Assembly (NCBI GenBank): GCA_000004985.1
Contig: GG738869.1
Reading direction: 5' to 3' (one strand)
DNA length: 64,000 bases
From: Naegleria gruberi
Taxonomy: Eukaryota
Part shown: one piece after another, positions 30,637 through 40,566 of the stretch
Position numbering within the stretch: position 1 is the first letter of the stretch
How the letters are laid out: every line of letters begins with the position of its first letter
Made by a program: the position numbers and the translations under genes
The notes under the pieces: generated by a model
The model's database searches: none
What the model was told of the DNA's origin: nothing
What the model saw: the letters and a program-made list of their open reading frames with translations, nothing else

Positions 30637-31497
30637 ATGTCGCAACAAGCATCTTCGTCATCATCATCCGACGAGACATTCCAACTTCCTGCACACCTGA
30701 CAAATAGTTACTTCTCAACAAATCCTCACATTAAAACCATTCCGGGTTTATATGTATTTGCCAATTACATTACCAATGAAGAGGCACGTCAAATTATCAA
30801 TACTCTCGATTCACAGGAGTGGTGTCATGAAATTTGTCGTCGTCAACAACATTATGGCTACTTGTACTATCATACAAGACAAAATATTCCCAATTTACAA
30901 CCAACAGAACAAGAGGTTTCACCTCTGAAAAGTTTGGAATTTGACAAGTTTTGGACAGAATTATTTTGGGAAAAGATGGTCAAGAGAGATGGATTGTTTA
31001 ATATTGATGTTGCACACAAGTGGTGGGTGAATAAGGAAAATAAGAGTGAACCTCAATGTTTAGTGAATGAATACATGTCAAGTCAGGGAATTGCTTCTCA
31101 TGTGGATAATGTGAATGCTTTTGGAGATGTCATTGTTGGAATTTCACTGTTAAAACCTGTTTATATGACATTTAGAAAGGATAAATTGGAAACTAGAATT
31201 CTTTTACCACCTAATAGTTGTTATGTTTTGACAGGAGAGTCGAGATTTGAGTGGAGACATGGAATTACACATATGAAACAAATTCATGTTCCTTCACAAT
31301 ATATCGTTCCTGAATTGAATGAAAATGAAAAGGATTTTACAGTTCCACGAGATGAGGATGATGAGGATAATGATGGAAGTAAATTGTACATTCGTGAGGA
31401 GGGTTACAGAAGAATTTCACTCACTTTCAGATTTATCAAATTGGAAGGAACAAAGAGAGTTGATGAAACTGCTCCAGAAACTGATGCCTTATGGTAA
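30637..31497 (+). CDS. AlkB-family 2OG/Fe(II) dioxygenase (ALKBH4/6-like), 286 aa
   Basis: QCLVNEYMSSQGIASHVDNVNAFGDVIVGISLLKPVYMTF (HxD iron ligands) ... SRFEWRHGI (distal His/Arg), similar to ALKBH6 [21 protein letters not shown]...ISLG. Confidence 0.7.
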   Translation: MSQQASSSSSSDETFQLPAHLTNSYFSTNPHIKTIPGLYVFANYITNEEARQIINTLDSQEWCHEICRRQQHYGYLYYHTRQNIPNLQPTEQEVSPLKSLEFDKFWTELFWEKMVKRDGLFNIDVAHKWWVNKENKSEPQCLVNEYMSSQGIASHVDNVNAFGDVIVGISLLKPVYMTFRKDKLETRILLPPNSCYVLTGESRFEWRHGITHMKQIHVPSQYIVPELNENEKDFTVPRDEDDEDNDGSKLYIREEGYRRISLTFRFIKLEGTKRVDETAPETDALW

Positions 31498-31564
31498 CTC
31501 TTGAAATATTCGACAACAATACTCCAACTCTTTTCACAATGTGAATAAATATACTTGAAAATTC

Positions 31565-33037
31565 TTATTTGATGAATACACAAGATGCGTGGGCAGTAAA
31601 TCTCCAAGGTGGATGATGTGTTAACATGTTGAGAAATTGGGTTCTTTTGAAATTTACATTGTCGTTACTGAGTGAAATTTTGTTCAGTTTTGTGAGTGTT
31701 CTGCTTTCAAAAAGAGTTTCAATATCTGTTTGTTCAAGTGCATTGCATGAGTTGAAAGATAAACTCTGTAATAAGGGAGCATTGGCTTTGGATAAGAGAC
31801 TGATGGACTGGCTTCCGAGAGGATTGTTAGATAGGTCCAATCTCTCCAGATTAGAAAGAATACTACCTTTTGCTAAATTTGAAAATACTTCACAATCAAG
31901 TTTACAAAACGTAAGTTTCAAATATGAAAGTGAAAATGAATTTGCTCCTCCCAATGTTTTTGCCATTTGTGAATCGAAATAAATTTCTGAAAGATTCAAA
32001 ATTTTGAGGGTATTCTTGAATAGTTCACTTTCGCATAATTTCATGATTGTTTGAGATTTGATAGGATTTTTTGAAAGATCTAGCTCTGTAAGCTTTTTAC
32101 AACCACTGAACATATCTCCAACATCAGAGCAACTGATATAATTATCCCTCAACTTAAGAACCATTAAATTTGAAAAGGTTGGATTTTTACAAAGAATTTC
32201 CAACGAATTCTTTACACAATTTCCTTCATTGTAATTTTGCATTACACTTGTAAAATCCAAATATGTTAAATTGGTCAAAGTTTGCGAATTTGCAAAGAAA
32301 GAAACCATTTCATTTGTTAACCTATTCAATGAAATTGTCAATTTCTTTAACTTTTTCAAATGAGGACTTTTTGCCAATGCTTGAATTCCCAATAATTGAA
32401 ATTTAGTAGCTGTTAAATTCAACTCTGATAAATTTTTACAAATTACTGCACTATTTACAAGTGAAATAACACCCTTATCTCCCAAATTATTCTCATTCAA
32501 TTTCAAAAATTCCAATTTTGGGAAATTCTTATTTCTAGTAAATGGAATAATATTCACTGAATCCAATATATTGAAAGGAATATCCAAAATCCTCAAATTT
32601 CTCAAAGTTTTACAAGATCCTAGAATGGAAGGTAAATTTTCATTTCGATCCCAAATTTCCAAATGATAAACTCCATTCAAATATTTGCATTTCAATATAT
32701 TTTCAATATTCTTACTGCCAGATAATTTGATTGGTAGGGAACTACCTATTCTCAACCACTGACGACCCACCAGTACGAAACTTTTGAATAATTCAATGAA
32801 ACTTTCGTCCGTGATGATATAACTAAAAATCTCTAAAAGGATATCATCAGCAAAAACTTGATGTTCATATAATTGATAATCTGTACGTGGTGATGTTGGT
32901 GATGATGGCGATTCGCTGACATTTATTGCATTCTCTTCTGCATCTTCTTTAGTTTCATGTAAGTTAGAAATTTCGTCTACTTTCTTTTTTTCGGAAACAA
33001 CATTTCTATCATTAATTTTGCCTTTTGCATTTCCCAT
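31565..33037 (-). CDS. F-box-like / leucine-rich-repeat protein, 490 aa
   Basis: N-terminal DDILLEIFSYIITDESFIELFKSFVLVGRQW, then repeated LxxLxLxxN LRR units. A paralog in type of the gene at 25813..27255. Confidence 0.6.
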   Translation of the reverse strand: MGNAKGKINDRNVVSEKKKVDEISNLHETKEDAEENAINVSESPSSPTSPRTDYQLYEHQVFADDILLEIFSYIITDESFIELFKSFVLVGRQWLRIGSSLPIKLSGSKNIENILKCKYLNGVYHLEIWDRNENLPSILGSCKTLRNLRILDIPFNILDSVNIIPFTRNKNFPKLEFLKLNENNLGDKGVISLVNSAVICKNLSELNLTATKFQLLGIQALAKSPHLKKLKKLTISLNRLTNEMVSFFANSQTLTNLTYLDFTSVMQNYNEGNCVKNSLEILCKNPTFSNLMVLKLRDNYISCSDVGDMFSGCKKLTELDLSKNPIKSQTIMKLCESELFKNTLKILNLSEIYFDSQMAKTLGGANSFSLSYLKLTFCKLDCEVFSNLAKGSILSNLERLDLSNNPLGSQSISLLSKANAPLLQSLSFNSCNALEQTDIETLFESRTLTKLNKISLSNDNVNFKRTQFLNMLTHHPPWRFTAHASCVFIK

Positions 33038-33348
33038 TTTTTTTTCAGTATTCTACAAATATTATACCCTTCAATACTACCAACTAAAATCATCATCACA
33101 GCTCATCAAATAAATTTAAAATCATCATCACGAATATTCAATTTTCTGTGATGATGAACATCTACAGCGCTAAAAAATGAGCCGTTAAAACCAGAAAAAA
33201 GTTGAAATAAAAAAAATGGTAATGCACCACGGGTTGTAGAGAAGAGAACAATTTTCATATTTAAAACTTTAAAAACACAGCCGAGTCGAGTCTCTCTACC
33301 AAATATTTTGTACTTTACGGAATATAAGTTGTTTGTGCAAGTCATTCA

Positions 33349-34953
33349 ATGCCGCCACCACCACATCGTGAATCATCAACATCAACATCATTAATTAGAA
33401 ATACCTTACCTATTTGTATTAGTACTCATAATAATTTTAATAGCCGGAAACCTGAAATAACAATCATGGGTATTGGTTCATCTTCACCTACTCCACCTCC
33501 TTCAACCAACATCCCCATCAATAAGAAGAATTATTCAAAATCAACACCATCCACTTCATCACAGGTGTTATTATCAGTGAAAGAAAAAACAATTTCATTG
33601 CCACCACAGAAAACTAGTTTTACTTCGACGACAACAACAACATTTAAACCACAAAATGCAAAATTCAAGGAAATACCAATGAAACCTTTGAGTGAGTTGA
33701 AGAATATGCTTTCTTATTATGATGATTTCGGAAGTCTTTATTTCAACTCTAATTTAATCAAAGACTATGCAAAGGAAATAACAATTTTATTGACATATTC
33801 CATACATAATGAATACATTTCTAATATCAAAGATAACCTTGATAAGGCACTTATCAAGTTCTTATCGATGGATGGACATGCAAAAAACAATAACGATATA
33901 GAAGAGTTTTTGGATGATTTCAAGTCACTTCATTTACAATGTTTCAAAATTCAAAAAGCTACCGAGGAGAAACAATCTGCAAATTATCTGCATTTATTCA
34001 CACAAACAGTTGCTAAAAACCACGACATGTCAATATCGGATTTAATTGGTTGTGTAAAGAAATTTGCGGACGAATTACCAAAATATACTGAGCTGCATGC
34101 AAGATCTAAGAAAAAGAGGAAAATAGATGTAGTGTCGGATGAAAAAACAGAATGTATAACGAGGATGAATGAATCCCTGACGAGGGCTGAAAAGTATATG
34201 AAAAAGTCCAAGACTGAAATTACCGATTATGCATCACATTTACTGGATGTTGCTCCTTCACCTACTGTTCAATTTCATACCCATTCCACGGAAGAGTGTG
34301 ACAAGTTTTTATTTCCATTCAGAGGGGATGTATTGGAATTGGATAAATATCAGTATCCAACACTATTTGAATGGTCTCAAGAAACTAAATTACATATGCA
34401 ACAAGATCTGAGTGGAAAAATCTCCTCTTTTGGAGTACCTTCAATAGAGAAGGGCATGGAATTTTGTGTGAGATTTACATGTGAACAACTTTCTCCAAAA
34501 GTAACTGGAAAACCTCTCCCTGTACATTTACAAAAACTATTGAATTATTTTGATGAAATTGATTCTCTATCTAATACAATAACAGACAATGAAACTTCTA
34601 AGAATACAAGACACATTGCTGACGTTTCTGATTTAATTCTGCACGATCCTGTGGAAAATAAGATGAAATTAATGCACCCCTACTACCAATATTACTACTA
34701 TCACTACTATCTTTCACTTTACAACTCATTTGAGAATGAAAAACCAGAATCAGAAGAGAATCCATTCCTGAGTATGGCTCCTCCTAAAACAAAACCTCTC
34801 AATCGTCCACTATTTGGAAAGAGAGTAAGAAATATGAGAAATGCTCATCCTGACGAAACTCCCACACTCGAATCTTTTCCCTCTTTTGAATTTGGATTTC
34901 CCTATAATTTATCTAGGAATAATTTACAAACAGATCAAGGACATACTCACTAA
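33349..34953 (+). CDS. Hypothetical protein (534 aa; S/T/P-rich N-terminus)
   Basis: Long ORF with no recognisable domain. Confidence 0.35.
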   Translation: MPPPPHRESSTSTSLIRNTLPICISTHNNFNSRKPEITIMGIGSSSPTPPPSTNIPINKKNYSKSTPSTSSQVLLSVKEKTISLPPQKTSFTSTTTTTFKPQNAKFKEIPMKPLSELKNMLSYYDDFGSLYFNSNLIKDYAKEITILLTYSIHNEYISNIKDNLDKALIKFLSMDGHAKNNNDIEEFLDDFKSLHLQCFKIQKATEEKQSANYLHLFTQTVAKNHDMSISDLIGCVKKFADELPKYTELHARSKKKRKIDVVSDEKTECITRMNESLTRAEKYMKKSKTEITDYASHLLDVAPSPTVQFHTHSTEECDKFLFPFRGDVLELDKYQYPTLFEWSQETKLHMQQDLSGKISSFGVPSIEKGMEFCVRFTCEQLSPKVTGKPLPVHLQKLLNYFDEIDSLSNTITDNETSKNTRHIADVSDLILHDPVENKMKLMHPYYQYYYYHYYLSLYNSFENEKPESEENPFLSMAPPKTKPLNRPLFGKRVRNMRNAHPDETPTLESFPSFEFGFPYNLSRNNLQTDQGHTH

Positions 34954-35194
34954 ATTATTATAAACATATTTGTAAATATTATTTTTCATGAGTTGTGAAT
35001 CTGTTTCATTTAAAACATAAAATTTTGCTTTTAAATTTGGCGCCAAAGCATTTCTTGCTAACACAAGAATTTAAAAAAATACTCAACACAACTTCCACTA
35101 AAAACCATCATCACACTTTCAGAGTTTTACTTTGATAAACATTTTTATTCCGAACAAGTCAACACTCTTTGAAGAACTCACACTTAAATAATTA

Positions 35195-38100
35195 GTGGAT
35201 AATTATTTCGAGATGAGCTCCCACATAGTAACATTGAATACTCAAGAGGTTAGAGAAAGAAACAAGAATCGGAATGATAAACCAAAAGAAATTGAACAAA
35301 GAAATCCGTTTTACGACCAAGGACAAAGTTTGATCAGGTCCAGTCTAATGAAACTTCAACAGGAAGAAATTAATACTTATGAATTCAAGTATTTTTCGAA
35401 CAAACCAAAGAAGGTTTTCAGTACATCGTTTAGTATATCTTTGAGAAATGATATTTTACGGTTTTCAGGAGAGGACACTCTTTTTACACCAACATTTTTA
35501 GGAAAAAGAATGACTGAGGATGAATCATCAGATGAATCATCTGAGGAAGGTACAAAGATAATTATTGAAGTAGGCAGTAGTAGTGACGAAGAAGAGGAAT
35601 TTGCATTTAATGAAACAGAAGTTGATGGTCGACCAATTATGGAAGCAATGGATTATAGCAGTACTAGTGGATCAGATGAAGAGGAAAGCGAAGAAGAAGG
35701 AACAAGTGAAAGTGATGAAGAAACAATATCTAGGACTAGTAGGAAACGCACTCTTGATGAAAGAGTAACCTATCCAACCTATGATAGAGACTCATTCAAA
35801 TTCACTCCTATTCAGACTAGTGAGGAATTGTATCAGGAACTTACCTTAAAGGATTACCAATTGGAAGCCATCAACTTTTTATTCAATAATTACTGTGAAA
35901 ATAGGCCATCCTGTCTTGCCCATGAAATGGGTTTAGGAAAAACAATTATATCACTTTCAACACTAAACATAATGTACAAGAAATTAGGAGTATTTGGACC
36001 ATTTTTGATAGTTGTACCTTTAATTACTTTGCCTAACTGGGAAAGAGAGGCAAAGAAATGGTTGCCTCAATTTAAATGTCATACAGCTTGGGGAACTGCT
36101 GTAAATGGCACCAAAGCTAAAGCTCTTGAAGACACATCTAAATTATATTCTGAATCAGTATCTGAACAGACCCCTTTACTTGTATTGACGACATACGAAT
36201 TTTTGAAAGAAACTACTGTGACCAGAAAAAAATGGGCTTGTGTTATTTTCGATGAAGCTCACAAACTCAAATCTCAAAAAACTCAAGCAAGAAAAAACGC
36301 TGAGAAATTGAAGAAGGAATATTTTTTTCTTTTAACTGGTACTCCAATGCAGAATTCTCCAGAAGAGCTATGGAGCTTGTTGAATTTACTGGATCCCCGA
36401 GCGTTTCCTAGCTATAAGTTATTTGAGGAAAAATATGGAGAGTTGGAGACCGAAACTGCTATTACAAACCTTAAAACAGCAATTGCACCTTACTTGATAA
36501 GAAAGACGAAAGCACAAGTTTTGCATGCAGAAATGCCACCAAAAGAAGAAATCCTTATTGAAATTGAATTGAGTTCAATTCAAAAGTCTGTATATAGAGC
36601 TATTGTTGAGAGAAAAGTGAACTTTTTTAGAAAACAGTTTGCCTCTAAACAAGATTTAACATACATTGTAAATAGTCTGAGATATTGTTGCAATCACCCT
36701 TGTCTCATATCTGGAATGGAAGAATATCTGAGAGATGAACAAAAACGTGATGATAAGGGTATTCTCATTTATAGCTCTTCTAAAATGGTTGTGGTTCACA
36801 AACTTCTTAAGAAATTTAGGGATGCCAATGAAAAGACATTGATACTCTCTCAATTTTTGGAAATGTTGGATGTTTTGGAAAGTTATTTACAATCAGAACA
36901 AATATCATATGTTAGAATAGATGGATCTTGCCCTTCAGAGGAACGACAACGTTACATTGACAAATTTCAAACAGATTCTGAATGTAGAGTTTTTCTACTC
37001 TCTACCAAAATAAGTCAAGGTATTAATTTAACAGCTGCAAATCATGTGATTATTTATGACTCTGATTTTAATCCTTTCAACGATTCACAAGCAGCAGCAA
37101 GAGCTCATAGAATAGGTCAAACAAAGAAAGTATTTGTTTACAGATTGGTAACAAAGGATTCCTATGAAAAATATATTATTTCTAGGGCTAGTAAAAAGTT
37201 AGGAAGAGAAAAATTAGTTTTGGCAGAATCAGATAAATCAGATGAAGATATTACTGCAGAAGAAATGCAGAGAATGATAAAATATGGAGTCTACTCACTG
37301 TTTTTGAATAAGGAACAAAATATCAATAAGGACAATGAATTGATGAACACAGATATTGATAAGATTCTGGAAAGATCCAGTAAAATTGGAGTTGAAGGAG
37401 AAGAGGATGGTTCCTTAGTAGATGTTATTAATCGAGTTACTGGTAATGATAAATCAATAGAAAAACAAACATCGAACGAGGTTATTAAGAGTGTATACTT
37501 TGTTCCCGTAGAGGAGGTTAGTGATGTTGCATTAGATGATCCAAACTTTTGGGATAAGACATTTCCTGATTACTGTGACATTTATACACTGGAATCCAGA
37601 TTAGAAAATGTTAAACCATTTGAAGCTCATGAATTTGAGAGCTATTTCAAAAAATTGGTCCATGTTGCGACCGAATCTATCAATAGAAGACAAAAGGTTT
37701 CTGAAGAGACAGAGAAGCTCTCTCGAGTTGTTGAAGAAGACAAAAGAGGCTTGCCAACAAAAAATCAATTACATACTTTTTTACTCAAACTTAACTCTCA
37801 AAGATACAATCACCACTATCACAGTCTACAAAAAGATCACCTAGACCAAGTTCAGAAATGGATAGATCAACTAGAAACAAAAACTCTTAGAAATAAGAAA
37901 GTGTGGGCTTCTAGTTCAGATAACATTAAGAAGCAGGAAAAAAGATCTTCATCCAATGTTAATGATCATTTAGATTCTGATGCTGAGTTTGATGGATCAG
38001 ATAGTGATGATGGAGATAATACTGATGACGAATTTGAGTGTGACCAGAATGAATTGGTGAGAGAATCTGAAAGTTTACATAACATTAATATCAAGACTGC

Positions 38101-38383
38101 ACCTCCCAAAAAGAAACAGAAAACAACCCGTAGTAATAGAGGTATTCGAGAGAAGTCTTCTGAAAATGAATCAGAAAGACCACACAAAAAACCAACAACT
38201 CATAAGAAAGAACTCAAGTTTGAAAAAAGTCAAGTTTCAAATCATTTACCTCCACCAACAACAAGACAGGACACAATGAAACAGCAACCAACAACAGGTT
38301 TTTGGCCCAGCCATATGCAGAACACTCCTCTTCAATTGTTTCATCCAGTGGAAGCTCCTCTACAAATCCTTGTTCAGCACTAA
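35195..38383 (+). CDS. SNF2-family chromatin-remodelling ATPase, 1062 aa, with an acidic N-terminus
   Basis: Helicase motifs DYQLEAINFL...LAHEMGLGKT (I), DEAHKLKS (II), LLTGTPMQNSPEELWSLLNLL (III), and helicase-C LSTKISQGINLTAANHVIIYDSDFNPFNDSQAAARAHRIGQTKKVFVYRLVT. Confidence 0.85.
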   Translation: MDNYFEMSSHIVTLNTQEVRERNKNRNDKPKEIEQRNPFYDQGQSLIRSSLMKLQQEEINTYEFKYFSNKPKKVFSTSFSISLRNDILRFSGEDTLFTPTFLGKRMTEDESSDESSEEGTKIIIEVGSSSDEEEEFAFNETEVDGRPIMEAMDYSSTSGSDEEESEEEGTSESDEETISRTSRKRTLDERVTYPTYDRDSFKFTPIQTSEELYQELTLKDYQLEAINFLFNNYCENRPSCLAHEMGLGKTIISLSTLNIMYKKLGVFGPFLIVVPLITLPNWEREAKKWLPQFKCHTAWGTAVNGTKAKALEDTSKLYSESVSEQTPLLVLTTYEFLKETTVTRKKWACVIFDEAHKLKSQKTQARKNAEKLKKEYFFLLTGTPMQNSPEELWSLLNLLDPRAFPSYKLFEEKYGELETETAITNLKTAIAPYLIRKTKAQVLHAEMPPKEEILIEIELSSIQKSVYRAIVERKVNFFRKQFASKQDLTYIVNSLRYCCNHPCLISGMEEYLRDEQKRDDKGILIYSSSKMVVVHKLLKKFRDANEKTLILSQFLEMLDVLESYLQSEQISYVRIDGSCPSEERQRYIDKFQTDSECRVFLLSTKISQGINLTAANHVIIYDSDFNPFNDSQAAARAHRIGQTKKVFVYRLVTKDSYEKYIISRASKKLGREKLVLAESDKSDEDITAEEMQRMIKYGVYSLFLNKEQNINKDNELMNTDIDKILERSSKIGVEGEEDGSLVDVINRVTGNDKSIEKQTSNEVIKSVYFVPVEEVSDVALDDPNFWDKTFPDYCDIYTLESRLENVKPFEAHEFESYFKKLVHVATESINRRQKVSEETEKLSRVVEEDKRGLPTKNQLHTFLLKLNSQRYNHHYHSLQKDHLDQVQKWIDQLETKTLRNKKVWASSSDNIKKQEKRSSSNVNDHLDSDAEFDGSDSDDGDNTDDEFECDQNELVRESESLHNINIKTAPPKKKQKTTRSNRGIREKSSENESERPHKKPTTHKKELKFEKSQVSNHLPPPTTRQDTMKQQPTTGFWPSHMQNTPLQLFHPVEAPLQILVQH

Positions 38384-39897
38384 GTGCTAATAATCAACAA
38401 CCAGCTCAAATAGTAAATGCTCAAAGCCCAGCCACGAACCAAACAAATAGACAAAGGAGAACAAACAAGAAACCAACACAAACTCAACCAGTTCCACAAC
38501 AAGCAAGCTCTTCGAACACACCAACAAACCAAACACATGGTTACCCCTTACTGCCACCAACAAGTAATCAACCTTCAATAATGTTTGGTCATCCAAATTA
38601 TAGGGAACAACCACCAAGTCAACCATTGGTCTCACTAACAACTCTTTCACCTGAAATACTTAGTCGTCTATCTCAAGCACTACAAACTGTTCCGAAGCCT
38701 ATTCTACAACCACAATCAACCAATAGTTACCAAAAACTTGTAGCTCAACAACAACAGCCAACTTACCTAAAATCCACAACACCAAATCCTCCAAAAAATG
38801 TTCCAACACTTGGTCAGCAACAAATGGGCATACCACAACCAACAACAACAAAATTAATGGATCATTTAGCACATACTCAAATGCCTCCAACTCAAAAACC
38901 TCCCCAACCAGTGGCAAGCTCCTCTACAATCAGAGCTAATAATCAACAACCAGCCCAAACAGCACGTCTATCAAGTGTGTCATCCTCATTTAATCACCAT
39001 AGTACCACCCAATCACAAAATCAAATACATAATCCAACACCACAACCATTTTCGACCGATTTCGATTTGGGTGATCGTAGAACAAATCAGCCAACACATG
39101 GTCGTCCAGTACCATTCAATTATCAACCACCAATGAATCAGAATGCTAGTTATCCAACAACAGAACAATCTACAAATTTGTTCCGTGACGTTAGACAGAA
39201 TCCTGCTTCATTCCAACAAATGGTACAAACAATGAATTTGAACACTATTAAGGCATTAGGTGTACAATATTTAAGATACCTTTCAGCCTTAAAAAGTAAC
39301 TATTGGGGTAATGACAAGCAACAACTGGTTTCGAATTGTATCAATCTGTTGACCATCATCAAGACGCAATGCAACAAGATTGTTTCACAACAGCAGCAGC
39401 AACAGCAACAACAAAACAATCCATACAATAATCCTTTCCATACAAATCCATTTCCTCCTCAAAATGTCAACAATATTCCAACAACTACAAATACTTCTAC
39501 CTATCAAGCATATTACACACAAAGTACGCAAAGGGACGGCACAAGAACAATGACCTCTACCACTACTACAACCTTCCAAAATACACCCCTCCATAATCTA
39601 TCAATGATACCTAACAATCCAAATACTGCACTTCAAACACAACACCAACAGCACGGCCGTGTAGGCATTGAATACTATAGGTCAATAATTTCACAAGCCA
39701 ATAATCAAACTGCTCAATCTTCAACAATGACCCGAGTTCAAACCACCTCTTCACCAATCAACAATAACACAACAACACTCCAACTACCTCCCCAACCAAC
39801 AACGTCGACATCTTCCTCTACAGTAGTACAACCGTCCTTGGTTGACTTAAATGATAATACAGACTATATCAATAACTGGTTCAACTTTGAACATTAA
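38302..39897 (+). CDS. Gln/Pro/Thr/Asn-rich low-complexity ORF (531 aa). It overlaps the 3' end of the SNF2 ORF in another frame. It is either a separate gene or a frameshifted C-terminal tail.
   Basis: Open frame with the repeated motif ANNQQPAQ and a poly-Q (CAG/CAA)n tract. It has no independent ATG near the overlap (the track start is a TTG). Confidence 0.35.
   Translation: MAQPYAEHSSSIVSSSGSSSTNPCSALSANNQQPAQIVNAQSPATNQTNRQRRTNKKPTQTQPVPQQASSSNTPTNQTHGYPLLPPTSNQPSIMFGHPNYREQPPSQPLVSLTTLSPEILSRLSQALQTVPKPILQPQSTNSYQKLVAQQQQPTYLKSTTPNPPKNVPTLGQQQMGIPQPTTTKLMDHLAHTQMPPTQKPPQPVASSSTIRANNQQPAQTARLSSVSSSFNHHSTTQSQNQIHNPTPQPFSTDFDLGDRRTNQPTHGRPVPFNYQPPMNQNASYPTTEQSTNLFRDVRQNPASFQQMVQTMNLNTIKALGVQYLRYLSALKSNYWGNDKQQLVSNCINLLTIIKTQCNKIVSQQQQQQQQQNNPYNNPFHTNPFPPQNVNNIPTTTNTSTYQAYYTQSTQRDGTRTMTSTTTTTFQNTPLHNLSMIPNNPNTALQTQHQQHGRVGIEYYRSIISQANNQTAQSSTMTRVQTTSSPINNNTTTLQLPPQPTTSTSSSTVVQPSLVDLNDNTDYINNWFNFEH
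39388..39417 (+). repeat. (CAG/CAA)n tract encoding poly-Gln
   Basis: caacagcagcagcaacagcaacaacaa is directly visible inside the Q/P-rich ORF. Confidence 0.9.
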
Positions 39898-40566
39898 TAC
39901 TGGGATAAAGAATATTTTGAGTATTGTTTATAATATGTAATATAATCGTTATTTGCTCATTGGTAAGTTTGGGAATAGTACTTTCATCTGAAGAGATATC
40001 ACTTGCTTTCTTCAATTCATGCTTTACTATGATGTTCTCCTTCCTGTGTGTTTTATATAAAGGATTCTTTATCTTAGTAAATAAGCACAACTAAATATTA
40101 TGCAGAAGTTGAAAAACAAGCCGAGAATTTGAAAGTGCTCAATTATCAAGTCACAATATTTTTCTTCAACACTATACGAATGTTTCCCGTAATGGACATT
40201 TGCAAGCCATTGATAGTACTTTTTCCAAGAACATTTCTACATCGAATGAAACATATCTTACTCAGTAACGGCCCTTAGTTGACTTTTCAAATGATAACAC
40301 AAAATCAACTTGAACAGTATTTGTGTGAAATAGGTACTCATGGCTTCTAATTCAACTCCTTGGTTCTGTCCGTAAATAAGGAATTCAAAGATGAACAATT
40401 AGATTGTCTACTCTTGACACATAACGTATAATTAGAACTTGAATTAGAACCTGATCAACAATATTATTAAAAAAATTCCTAGAGTAAATCTTCTCCGTGA
40501 TAGCAAATACATCATCAAAAAACAACAACACGTGTTCTTTACTCTCTGAAACAAACTGTACATAAA

